A stretch of 64,000 nt of DNA, from IMG/VR virus record IMGVR_UViG_3300021091_000002, one strand, 5' to 3'. Both the position numbers and the translations under genes were made by a program. The stretch comes from an uncultured virus (IMG/VR IMGVR_UViG_3300021091_000002) (taxonomy: Duplodnaviria; Heunggongvirae; Uroviricota; Caudoviricetes). Numbering within the stretch: the stretch's first letter is position 1; every line of letters begins with the position of its first letter. Under the pieces are notes generated by a model. The model made no database searches. It was not told the DNA's origin and saw nothing but the letters and a program-made list of their open reading frames with translations. Below are positions 19,425-27,775 of the stretch, piece by piece.

Positions 19425-19719
19425 TTTCTTCTCCTTCCTCAAAGAGGTCGAAATCCTTCGCAAAGACGATAAGGTCGACCAACATACTCCAAAGTTCGGT
19501 GGTCGAACTGAAGTATGCGAATTGCCCAGTCACATCTTGTCTGATGTTGACAAAGTTGATAGCCCAACTAGACACGGGGATGATATCCCCGTCTTCTGTA
19601 ACAGACAACATAAGGGTGGGCCCGTCGGATCTCATTACGAGGGCGTACTCTTTGTTGTCTTTGGTTGTTATTGGGACTGTGACAACACCCCAACTGCTTT
19701 CTTTCATGTTTCTATCCAT
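19384..19719 (-). CDS. hypothetical protein
   Basis: ORF in a tightly packed minus-strand operon. Confidence 0.55.
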   Translation of the reverse strand: MDRNMKESSWGVVTVPITTKDNKEYALVMRSDGPTLMLSVTEDGDIIPVSSWAINFVNIRQDVTGQFAYFSSTTELWSMLVDLIVFAKDFDLFEEGEESEETSDSDSNLGG

Positions 19720-19904
19720 TCCTGCCCGCTGAGAACCAGCTTGACATATTTAAGGACGGTACCGACATCTGGTCCGTCGTTGTTTATACCAAGGTTGCGT
19801 TGAAGCCACCTTAGATTTTGGTCTTCTGACATGTTTCGTCTATCCAACGGTATATCCATTGGAATGAGCATCATCCTGATTGCTGATCGAATTGAAACTT
19901 GCAT
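19704..19904 (-). CDS. hypothetical protein
   Basis: SD GAGGAGG, TGATG coupling. Confidence 0.6.
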   Translation of the reverse strand: MQVSIRSAIRMMLIPMDIPLDRRNMSEDQNLRWLQRNLGINNDGPDVGTVLKYVKLVLSGQEWIET

Positions 19905-20257
19905 CACTTGTCCTCCTCTTCCCACATCGTGTTGATCCATTCAAACTCACATTCCAGTGAACACACCCCTGTCACTAGGTGAAGTTTCTCAGCTTTGCTC
20001 AGGTAACTGAGAGTTTGGACGTACTCAACGAGCCTATTCATGGCCTCTGGCATGTCTTCTTCAGCGACCCCACCAAGTATGAGCGAGTACATCGCCCCCA
20101 CCTCATCGGGTAGCACGTAGAAGTACTTGCTCTGACACACTGGGCATCTAAACGTGCCCAGCACATATAGGCTGTCACACTCTGGGAAATAATCATCGGG
20201 TGCTTTTACTGAATACCCGATTTTTTGCATTTCTTTCTCTGTGAACTTGATAACCAT
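19904..20257 (-). CDS. Cys-containing hypothetical protein
   Basis: CPVC, CSLEC; SD AAGGAG. Confidence 0.65.
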   Translation of the reverse strand: MVIKFTEKEMQKIGYSVKAPDDYFPECDSLYVLGTFRCPVCQSKYFYVLPDEVGAMYSLILGGVAEEDMPEAMNRLVEYVQTLSYLSKAEKLHLVTGVCSLECEFEWINTMWEEEDK

Positions 20258-20336
20258 TGTTGCTCCTTTTTTCAGCTTGAATTTTGTTAAAAAAAACACG
20301 AGGCTCACATATAGGTGTGTGAGTCTCGTGTTGGAC

Positions 20337-20510
20337 CTAGTCGTCGTAACGGTTGCGCCATTCCTCGTAGTACCATTCCGTTATTTCCTTCACCCCAAAC
20401 GGGATAATGGAAGCAACGAAAAAGCCCAGAGAGAACAAACTCCAGTCCTCGTTGTATGACAGTAGAGCCAGTATAAAACTGGCTATGATCATCAACTCTG
20501 TTACTATCAT
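20337..20510 (-). CDS. small two-TM membrane protein (57 aa, not in the ORF track)
   Basis: MIVTELMIIASFILALLSY...FSLGFFVASIIPFG; SD AAGGAG, ATGA overlap. Confidence 0.65.
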   Translation of the reverse strand: MIVTELMIIASFILALLSYNEDWSLFSLGFFVASIIPFGVKEITEWYYEEWRNRYDD

Positions 20511-20674
20511 TGCTTCTCCTTTTTCCTGCGGCTAGCGGCTGCTGTCCGCTTTTCTTTTGCTTTTCCAACACACGCTGCACATGGTGCTGGGTTGTTCCAA
20601 ACCCTGTCACCGTACGGGTGGTCGACCTCGACGTGGTTTTCGTGACCACATCTGTAAATGCATACAAACTTCAT
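20507..20674 (-). CDS. small zinc-finger-like basic protein (55 aa, not in the ORF track)
   Basis: MKFVCIYRCGH...PCAAC; SD AAAGGAG. Confidence 0.7.
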   Translation of the reverse strand: MKFVCIYRCGHENHVEVDHPYGDRVWNNPAPCAACVGKAKEKRTAAASRRKKEKQ

Positions 20675-20701
20675 GGATTCTCCTTTTTTGTGGAAACTAG
20701 A

Positions 20702-20839
20702 GGTTGTAACAGCGGGTTACCTTTCCCAGCGAGCAAGAGAAGACGGATAATGAACCAAACCGTCTTGTGCTGGTGATTTAACGCCATGATGTCGCAGGTT
20801 ACCCTTAACCCGGAAAGGACGGGGCTAGCTGTTACAACC
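20702..20839 (-). ncRNA. candidate structured RNA immediately 3' of tRNA-Arg
   Basis: perfect 12-bp terminal stem GGTTGTAACAGC/GCTGTTACAACC enclosing nested helices. Confidence 0.6.
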
Positions 20840-20841
20840 AG

Positions 20842-20914
20842 TGCATCAGGAAGGGGTCGAACCTACAACCTACAGATTAGAAATCTGTTGCTCTATCCAT
20901 TGAGCTACTGATGC
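20842..20914 (-). tRNA. tRNA-Arg (anticodon UCU), CCA not encoded
   Basis: GCATCAG/CTGATGC acceptor, D arm GCTC..GAGC, anticodon arm ACAGA-TTTCTAA-TCTGT, T loop TTCGACC. Confidence 0.93.
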
Positions 20915-21766
20915 ATGTCATCGGTGGGCACAACAAGCATGTGCGGGAAGTTCCTCGAACTACAGCCTACACTACCTAGGATGTGTACTGTATTCTTCTC
21001 AACTCTATGCAGCTTACAGTTGTTGATAATCCCATTGTTATCATGCCTATTGTAGGAAGCCATTTTCGCTTCATACATAATAGGGTTCGATGGTTACCTG
21101 CCCGACAACACACAGGTAATGGCTAGGTACTAGCAGCCACGACTAGGATGTGTAAACCCCACTTACGCCTGGGGGTACGGCGTTTTCGCGTTGGCTGTCT
21201 TTATATAGTACATCAGTCTACATTACTCATGGCCAACACTACACGAAGTAGCATGTTAGGATTCTCACCAAAGAGACTATACAGTCTGTTTGTATAGTGA
21301 TTTTGCTACTACATTTACCGTGATACTGCCCACGGCTGCAACCTGTGCAACATAGAAATAGGAAGCATTTGCACATGCTTTGGTTTATGAACCACTACCT
21401 GCCGGGATACACCCAATGCGTTTCTATTGCGCATCTGTACACTTGTAGTTCTGCAGAACTACGCACTGCGTCTAGTGCCTAGGTCGGCTGTACATCACCG
21501 CTTAGATCTTAGTCCTCTGCGAAATTTCTGCGATGCTCACTTCACTTGCTCCTTTTCTAATAATGCCCCACTCAAATATGGTGGAGTCAATGGTTGATAC
21601 AGCCAACAACGATCTTGCCAGTGCATGGATCAGCCAGTCTTGCAGGGGGTGAGACGGCGATCAACATACACTGGCTTATGCCGTATACAAGGCTATGTGC
21701 TGATAGCAACTACAAATGGGGGGTGAGTAGTGCTAAAGCAGACGTTGCACTCAGACAACCTGGCAC
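20915..21766. ncRNA. candidate large structured non-coding RNA (~850 nt)
   Basis: no convincing protein gene in an otherwise gene-dense genome; more than 15 short inverted repeats, nested long-range helices, pseudoknot and loop-loop complementarity. Confidence 0.55.
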
Positions 21767-21772
21767 AACGAA

Positions 21773-21873
21773 AGCATAGACCCATACATAGGCACAAGTT
21801 GTGACATTTGTCACATGATAGTGACAAGTGCCACATGGTGAGACATTTGTCACATGGTGAGACATTTGTCACA
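21773..21873 (-). promoter_or_regulatory. promoter with four tandem CRP-like boxes and -10 TATGCT
   Basis: TGTGAcatttgTCACA 21800-15, AGTGAcaagtgCCACA 21820-35, TGAGAcatttgTCACA 21839-54 and 21858-73. Confidence 0.7.
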
Positions 21874-22000
21874 CTAGGCACCTCGTACTGGACGTCGCAC
21901 CGTTTGCGACGCAAACCGGTCCAACCAGACGCAGGGAGCAGAGATGCCCCTCACACTAGGCTGGGTATGGCAGGGCAGATTTCTCAGCCGGATTTCGGGC

Positions 22001-22036
22001 AAAGAAGAAAGCCCCCCACCCTTGCGGGCGGGGGGC
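22001..22036 (-). terminator. intrinsic terminator after the 183-aa gene
   Basis: GCCCCCCGCCC-GCAA-GGGTGGGGGGC followed by TTTCTTCTTT on the minus strand. Confidence 0.9.
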
Positions 22037-22053
22037 AATCTCCCTGGGGGGGG

Positions 22054-22605
22054 TCAGAGGCTCTTGGAGAGAGCCACGACCAACGCTACCAGTTGCTGCT
22101 GAGCAACTGTCCGCTGATCGGCGGGTGTGGTCACCAATGCCAACTGGCAGGCTGCGAGTTGGCTGGTGGCACGCTCTGTGGCTATCCGCACTTCACGCTG
22201 TGCGGGGGTCTCTCCGTTGTTGGATTGACCCTCGGTCAGCCGTGCCCACGCTGCGTTCTGGTCTTGTGCCCCTGCGAGCAACGCCCTCAGAACGTCCGCG
22301 GACTTCTTGGAAGCCAAGAGCCGGTTCCAAACCGTCTGCCCCGCTTTCGCGGAGCCGACCGCCGGAAGGCTGAAGAAGAGTCCCCAAACGATGAGGATTC
22401 CCTCCCAGCCCGCGGGTAGCGTGTTGGCGGTGTACGCCTTAGCGATGACGTCCCCGATTTCCCTGCGGATTTCGGTCTCCTTGAGAGCCGCAATAGCGGG
22501 GGCGGAGGGACGCAAGTCGTCCCACGCTGCTTTCGCGGTTGCCTTGGAGTTGGACGCTGTGGCATCTGCCAAGAGCGTTTGCCTGACTGTGTCTAACACC
22601 GACAT
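22054..22605 (-). CDS. Ala-rich helical hypothetical protein in a GC-rich segment
   Basis: SD AAGGAG, followed by its own terminator. Confidence 0.8.
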   Translation of the reverse strand: MSVLDTVRQTLLADATASNSKATAKAAWDDLRPSAPAIAALKETEIRREIGDVIAKAYTANTLPAGWEGILIVWGLFFSLPAVGSAKAGQTVWNRLLASKKSADVLRALLAGAQDQNAAWARLTEGQSNNGETPAQREVRIATERATSQLAACQLALVTTPADQRTVAQQQLVALVVALSKSL

Positions 22606-22806
22606 GTTGTCTCCTTGTCGTAATGCCGGCGCTTGTCGCCGGTCATGCCATCGTTATGGGGGCGACCGGAAAGCGTCCTCGGTAGGGCCCAGCCCCCAAT
22701 GATCACCCCACTACGCAATAGCCCTATTCTAAATGGGGGGTTACCCGTGGGTAACTGGGCACCTGGGTATAGGGTAATATAGACCTATACACAAGAAGGT
22801 TAACAC

Positions 22807-23610
22807 ATGCCCTACTTCTCTAACCATTACAGATATTACGGGTACTCTAGCGGTGAAAGACGACCTGACGCAAGTCTTACTGTCAAGCACAACCCAGATA
22901 AAACAACAACTCTTATTCGTGAATCCGGTGCTCGCCCTCTTGGGCATAATGGCGATATTCCCCAGCTTTTTACGATGGAAGAAAACGCTAAAGCTCTTGC
23001 GCAAGTTAGAAAACTTCGTAAAAAACGGAAGTACCGCAGTGGCGTGCCATTCTCAGAATCAGGACTGACGTACGACCATAAGAGCGGCACATTCCGCGTC
23101 GCCAAAGAAGACGACCAATTGCAGTTGTTTGCCCATGATCCCCCGAAACCTTCACAGGTTGAAATGCTAGTTTCCCGAGACAATATGGGAGCCAGAATAA
23201 CCGCAATGACATTGCTGGGGCTAGCCGACATGGATGCACGGGCACGAACGGGGCACCCATTGCAAACTTCATCGGACTTGTCCCCCCACAGTTTGCGTCT
23301 TGTACGACATCTGCGAGACCGTGGAGCCGTGAGCAACACGGATGTTCCGAGTACCAGCACTAACACGATAGGTTTTGAGTTTGCTGAAGCAACCCTTGAC
23401 GAGGCAGGAAATAATCTTAAGGACATACAACGCCCCGGTTCTGGATACACAGATAGATCCCCCGACGCCCGTAGTGCCCGTGAGCACATTATATCAATGC
23501 GTCGCCCCGCTAAGGAAACGCCTAAGCCGCAACCTACGCAGACCGAGCAACCTACATTGTGGGAGGGTTTAGGTATTCAACACCTTAATCGTACCCAATT
23601 CCAAATTTAA
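22807..23610 (+). CDS. hypothetical protein (candidate internal virion protein)
   Basis: 267 aa, ends HLNRTQFQI. Confidence 0.7.
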   Translation: MPYFSNHYRYYGYSSGERRPDASLTVKHNPDKTTTLIRESGARPLGHNGDIPQLFTMEENAKALAQVRKLRKKRKYRSGVPFSESGLTYDHKSGTFRVAKEDDQLQLFAHDPPKPSQVEMLVSRDNMGARITAMTLLGLADMDARARTGHPLQTSSDLSPHSLRLVRHLRDRGAVSNTDVPSTSTNTIGFEFAEATLDEAGNNLKDIQRPGSGYTDRSPDARSAREHIISMRRPAKETPKPQPTQTEQPTLWEGLGIQHLNRTQFQI

Positions 23611-23719
23611 TAAGTAAAGCCGCCCAACCGACAAGTGGGCTATAATAGACCTATTCCATATAGATAAGACTGAAATATAGTTGGGGTAAAAATTTGCCGG
23701 TTGACTGAGGAGGTAAACC

Positions 23720-24724
23720 GTGGTTGACTTGCTGAGGAATAGTAAAGAAACCTTTGTTGATGCTGATGACTTTGGGAGGTCATTTGATCCTAAAAGGACT
23801 TTCCGTCTTGCTGACCCTGAAGCTCATATACGTAGACTATCCGCATTTACCGCTGGTGTGGGGGATGTTGCTTCTACCCACCCAGTATTTAGTGACAAAC
23901 AAATGTTTATTTCTCCAACTGATCCTAGGGAGCTATGGAATAGGTCTATTTACGCACCTAGCAATAGAGTAGACTTTGACGAACATGATGAAGGGCTAAT
24001 CCACACAAGAGGTCACCTACATGAGGCTGCGAGGGCCTCTATTTACTCTCCCTTGCGCGACCCCAGATCAACTATTGGGGGGTCGGGGATTGTTGATGCC
24101 GCTGGCGATGCTGCCTTTTGGCACTTAAGGACTACTAGAAAGCCATACAGCCATACTATAGACATCATACCTGGAGAGCCTGGGTTGAGAAACGAGCATG
24201 CTGGGAATACCGCAAAACTTATTGGTGTTGTTCAGGAGGAGGACCTTGCGCGGAGCAAAGCCCAAAATAAGGAGTATCTCACGGGGAGAGGTCCAAATTA
24301 TCAAAATACGGGGTTATCGACCTTTGATATTTATCAAAAAGAAGACGTAGACTGGCAAGCATTTGGGGATGACACACAGAGTAATAACTTTAGAGAGGCC
24401 ATGGGCGATTTAAGACATAGAGTACGGGGGGTTCTGCGCGACCCCAGTTCTCCAAGAGTTCGTCAAATAATGGAACATGCATTAGCAAACCCTATGCCTA
24501 TGCCAAAGATGAGAGGTAACTACCCAGAGATGTTTAGTCCACAATTCCTTAAAATAATACAGAAACCTCGTCCAGGAGGAGAATCTTGGCTAGCTGATGG
24601 TGATGCTGGTTCACCAGCGGAAATAACGCGTCTATACGGTCATACACAACATACACAAGACGTAATTGACTTGAAAACCGGTACTTGGGCCAAAATCCAC
24701 CCAGACGAATACTTCCCAACGTGA
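23720..24724 (+). CDS. hypothetical protein, paralog of 24758-25717
   Basis: shared PE.HI.RL..F.AG.G, FD.HDEGL...RG, D..DL.TG.WAK..P.EYFP. Confidence 0.8.
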   Translation: MVDLLRNSKETFVDADDFGRSFDPKRTFRLADPEAHIRRLSAFTAGVGDVASTHPVFSDKQMFISPTDPRELWNRSIYAPSNRVDFDEHDEGLIHTRGHLHEAARASIYSPLRDPRSTIGGSGIVDAAGDAAFWHLRTTRKPYSHTIDIIPGEPGLRNEHAGNTAKLIGVVQEEDLARSKAQNKEYLTGRGPNYQNTGLSTFDIYQKEDVDWQAFGDDTQSNNFREAMGDLRHRVRGVLRDPSSPRVRQIMEHALANPMPMPKMRGNYPEMFSPQFLKIIQKPRPGGESWLADGDAGSPAEITRLYGHTQHTQDVIDLKTGTWAKIHPDEYFPT

Positions 24725-24757
24725 TGCTATCCTGGGATTTAAAGAGAATGGCATAAC

Positions 24758-25717
24758 ATGGTCAACATAAATAATTCTTCTCAAAGAGACCTATTAAGAA
24801 ACCAAGACTTTCTTCAACCTGACATAAATACTGGGAGAATGGTCCGTTCGGGTAATCCTGAGGTGCACATCAATAGGTTGCATCACTTTGCTGCTGGTCT
24901 GGGGGCTCATACGCACGAGAGTGGGCCCAACCTCCACATAGCGGAAAATCGCCCAGGGTATAGTAGTAAAGTTTTAGTAAATAATTACTTAGACCCCCGC
25001 AAACGTTACGATCCCCTCATACAGAACTTTGCGTTTGATAGGCATGATGAGGGGCTAACAACCCCACGCGGGGTTATGATGGCGTCTCAAGCAACCTATC
25101 GTGACTCGTTGAGAGACCAAGGGAGAGACCAAGGCGTTGATTATTCTGGCTCCCATATTGCTAAGTTTGATTCAGACAAAGGATATAATGAACTGACGCA
25201 TCGGATGCCCTATCAAGAATTAGTGACTAGCGCGCCACAGCATCGTACACGAGGCCAAAACCCCAGCGTACCAATGCGTGGGGAATTGTATAAAGCTGTG
25301 AATAGGGGAAGTATCCTACCATTCAACTTACTAAAGGAGACATGGGGAGATAATATACCCAGGTGGCGTGGGGTTGAAACCGAGGAAACCACGGAGGATG
25401 TTGGGAGTCACCCTAGTCGTCGTGACGCGCTAAACTCTATTGAGAGCAGATTTAGGAGCATCAATTTTCAAAATCGTGAGGATGTCCGACCTCAAACTCC
25501 TGAAAATCGTGAAAGACTACAGTATGCGCTTGATAATCCAAATGAAGAAAGCCTAAGATTTTTTCGTAGAACGTCTCCCAACATGCTTGGTCCACAGTTT
25601 GTGAATGTCTGGCATATGGATGAGAGTGGTCGCAGGTATGAAGATATGCTCGATTTACAAACCGGTAACTGGGCTAAACTTGATCCAGAAGAGTACTTCC
25701 CATTTTCCAGAGAATAG
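24758..25717 (+). CDS. hypothetical protein, paralog of 23720-24724
   Basis: same shared blocks as 23720-24724. Confidence 0.8.
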   Translation: MVNINNSSQRDLLRNQDFLQPDINTGRMVRSGNPEVHINRLHHFAAGLGAHTHESGPNLHIAENRPGYSSKVLVNNYLDPRKRYDPLIQNFAFDRHDEGLTTPRGVMMASQATYRDSLRDQGRDQGVDYSGSHIAKFDSDKGYNELTHRMPYQELVTSAPQHRTRGQNPSVPMRGELYKAVNRGSILPFNLLKETWGDNIPRWRGVETEETTEDVGSHPSRRDALNSIESRFRSINFQNREDVRPQTPENRERLQYALDNPNEESLRFFRRTSPNMLGPQFVNVWHMDESGRRYEDMLDLQTGNWAKLDPEEYFPFSRE

Positions 25718-25745
25718 CCGTTTCTAAATAAAAGGAAAATTAAAT

Positions 25746-26237
25746 ATGAACACAACGTTTAACGACGACGAAAGTGACGACGAGCCAGACGAATCTACTC
25801 CTCAGGAGGTGCGAAGGCGTAACCACCCGAGCATGAGCGGGCGTAAGAAGCTTTCTCCGCTAAATCCTAGACAGTTTTACGCTCAGAGTATGCATTTTAC
25901 GATGGTTAAAGACCTAACATCAGATGATGGGGAACGTACCGAGAGAGAATACGCTATAGGTGAGGACGATTTAGATAAACCGTCGGTTTCAACACACATT
26001 TATACCACCTATCCAGGGTCATCAGACTGGCAAATTAACGTAATTGGCCCTAACGGTACAGAGTACCACCGCCATAACAGTGTTTCATCACGCAAAAGAG
26101 CCGAAATGGTCGAGCGCGGCATGGTAAGTCGGCTAGCTGGACCCACTGGAGACCCCAAAAAGACAGCAGTTAGACAGTATGATGACGTTCAAGAGGGTAT
26201 AAAGGCCCTTGAACAGGCAGCAAACGAAGAAAAATAG
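25746..26237 (+). CDS. hypothetical protein
   Basis: 163 aa, RRNHPSM and LNPRQF motifs. Confidence 0.7.
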   Translation: MNTTFNDDESDDEPDESTPQEVRRRNHPSMSGRKKLSPLNPRQFYAQSMHFTMVKDLTSDDGERTEREYAIGEDDLDKPSVSTHIYTTYPGSSDWQINVIGPNGTEYHRHNSVSSRKRAEMVERGMVSRLAGPTGDPKKTAVRQYDDVQEGIKALEQAANEEK

Positions 26238-26288
26238 TGTAAATTAGGTATTTTAGGCTAAAATTAACAAAAAAGACAACAATTAGGC

Positions 26289-27095
26289 ATGTCTATAGGG
26301 ATCGGCATAACAACAAGGAACAGACCAGAATGTCTGGAAGCATGTCTACGTCACTTTACCGAATTTGGTCATGGTGACAAAGTTGTTGTTATAGATGATA
26401 ACAGTGAATTATGGCAAGTTAATAAAATTGTTGCTGAATCCTTTAATATTAACGTTATATACAAATATAGCACTTCACGATTAGGTGTATCAAAGGCAAA
26501 AAATGCATGCCTATGGGAACTCCGCGACTACGACCATGTATTCCTGTTTGATGATGACACCTGGCCACAGTGTTATAACTGGGCTGAAACGTGGATCAAC
26601 ATAAATGAGGTAAATGGTGTTGGGCACTCTATGTTTAATGTCACTGCTGCAGAACTACTGGACTTAAACCCAGCATTTAGGGCAGTTGTTCAGCCAATTG
26701 CTTCAATTGGGGATAACGAAACGAAGATGGTTTCATTTTCTAACTGTTTTGGCGTAATGCTCTACTTCAATAGAAAATGTATAGATGCCCTGGGTGGTTA
26801 CCCCAATGATGCCCCCCACCTGTATGGTTATGAGCATGCTCAGATTAGTAAAAGGGCAAATATGGCTGGATTTACACGGGGACACCAGTATCTCACTCCA
26901 GCAATAGCAAGTAATTTGATTTACAGCATTGACATCACATATTGCATGCTAAAAATCCTACCATTTTTTGATACTAGATGGATAGGGAACTTCCGCTCAT
27001 CGGTAACATTGGAAGAATCATCTCAAGCAGGCAAAAACTCTGCCATAATGGACATTAGAGAAATATACTCCCCACTAGTACCACCATTAGGGTAA
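26289..27095 (+). CDS. GT2 glycosyltransferase
   Basis: IGITTRNR, VIDDNS, GVSKAKN, FLFDDD, YGYEH. Confidence 0.85.
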   Translation: MSIGIGITTRNRPECLEACLRHFTEFGHGDKVVVIDDNSELWQVNKIVAESFNINVIYKYSTSRLGVSKAKNACLWELRDYDHVFLFDDDTWPQCYNWAETWININEVNGVGHSMFNVTAAELLDLNPAFRAVVQPIASIGDNETKMVSFSNCFGVMLYFNRKCIDALGGYPNDAPHLYGYEHAQISKRANMAGFTRGHQYLTPAIASNLIYSIDITYCMLKILPFFDTRWIGNFRSSVTLEESSQAGKNSAIMDIREIYSPLVPPLG

Positions 27096-27775
27096 TGATA
27101 AACATGTTTGAAATGACCATGCTCGTACCATCACGTGGACGGCCACAAAATATAATTCGTCTAATGGACGCTTGGAATACAACAACCACACGCAATACAC
27201 GCCTTCTAGTATTGGTTGATAACGACGATCCCAAGCTGGACGAGTACCTCGCTATTCCAAATATTGACATACAGGTTGGCCCACGTCTAAGAATTGGGGG
27301 TACCCTTAATGCTGTCGCCCCAATTGAAGCAGAAAACTGCTTTGCTATTGGATTCCTGGGAGACGACCACTTGCCACGCACTAAGGGATGGGATGATCGG
27401 TTCCTTACAACGTTGGAAAAGGCTGGAGTAGGCATCACCTGGGGCAATGACCTTTACCACGGCGCAAACTTACCAACTGCGGTAGCCATGACTTCAAATA
27501 TTGTCAGTACTCTTGGTTACTTTGTTATGCCGGGAGGGATACACCTATTTCTAGATAACTTCTGGCTAGCAATAGGTCGTGGGCTAGACAGCGCGCACTA
27601 CCTAGATGATGTTGTTATTGAGCACATCCACCCATTTTTTGGAAAAGCAGCACACGATACAACTTACACTGAAGCAAATGACTTAAAAGTGTCCAATGCC
27701 GATGAACTGACTTTTAACAACTATGTTGCTACCCAATTACAAGCTGATCTGCAGAAATTGAGAACCTTAAAATGA
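27095..27775 (+). CDS. GT2-like glycosyltransferase
   Basis: LVPSRGRP, VDNDD, FLGDDH, HLFLDN, IEHIH. Confidence 0.85.
   Translation: MINMFEMTMLVPSRGRPQNIIRLMDAWNTTTTRNTRLLVLVDNDDPKLDEYLAIPNIDIQVGPRLRIGGTLNAVAPIEAENCFAIGFLGDDHLPRTKGWDDRFLTTLEKAGVGITWGNDLYHGANLPTAVAMTSNIVSTLGYFVMPGGIHLFLDNFWLAIGRGLDSAHYLDDVVIEHIHPFFGKAAHDTTYTEANDLKVSNADELTFNNYVATQLQADLQKLRTLK

Noticed and set aside
20305..20667. 120-aa minus-strand ORF from the track
   Set aside because: Two SD-led coupled ORFs in other frames (20507-20674 and 20337-20510) explain the region better
20702..20841. Theta/HDV-like ribozyme after the tRNA
   Set aside because: The nested double-pseudoknot (P1, P1.1, P2, P3) could not be assigned; the fold looks closed and rod-like or branched
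20942..21515. Group I intron-like words on the + strand (TGCGGGAA 20942, AGAGACTA 21272, AGATCTTAGTCC 21504)
   Set aside because: I could not build consistent P3/P4/P6 helices and no interrupted gene flanks the region; a cmscan would settle it
21562..21592. Permuted tmRNA-like junction on the minus strand (CTCCACCA...GGGGC)
   Set aside because: There is no T-loop upstream of the CCA, and a simple CUCCAC/GUGGGG hairpin explains it
21800..21873. CRISPR mini-array
   Set aside because: Units are 19-20 bp with only 3-4 nt between palindromes, no spacers and no cas genes
21594..22702. Track ORFs 21594-21779, 21693-21914, 21808-22419 and 22307-22702
   Set aside because: They lack SDs, have odd composition, and overlap the operator array, the terminator or the antisense strand of the 183-aa gene
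22836..23489. 217-aa antisense ORF
   Set aside because: It is a shadow of the + strand gene 22807-23610
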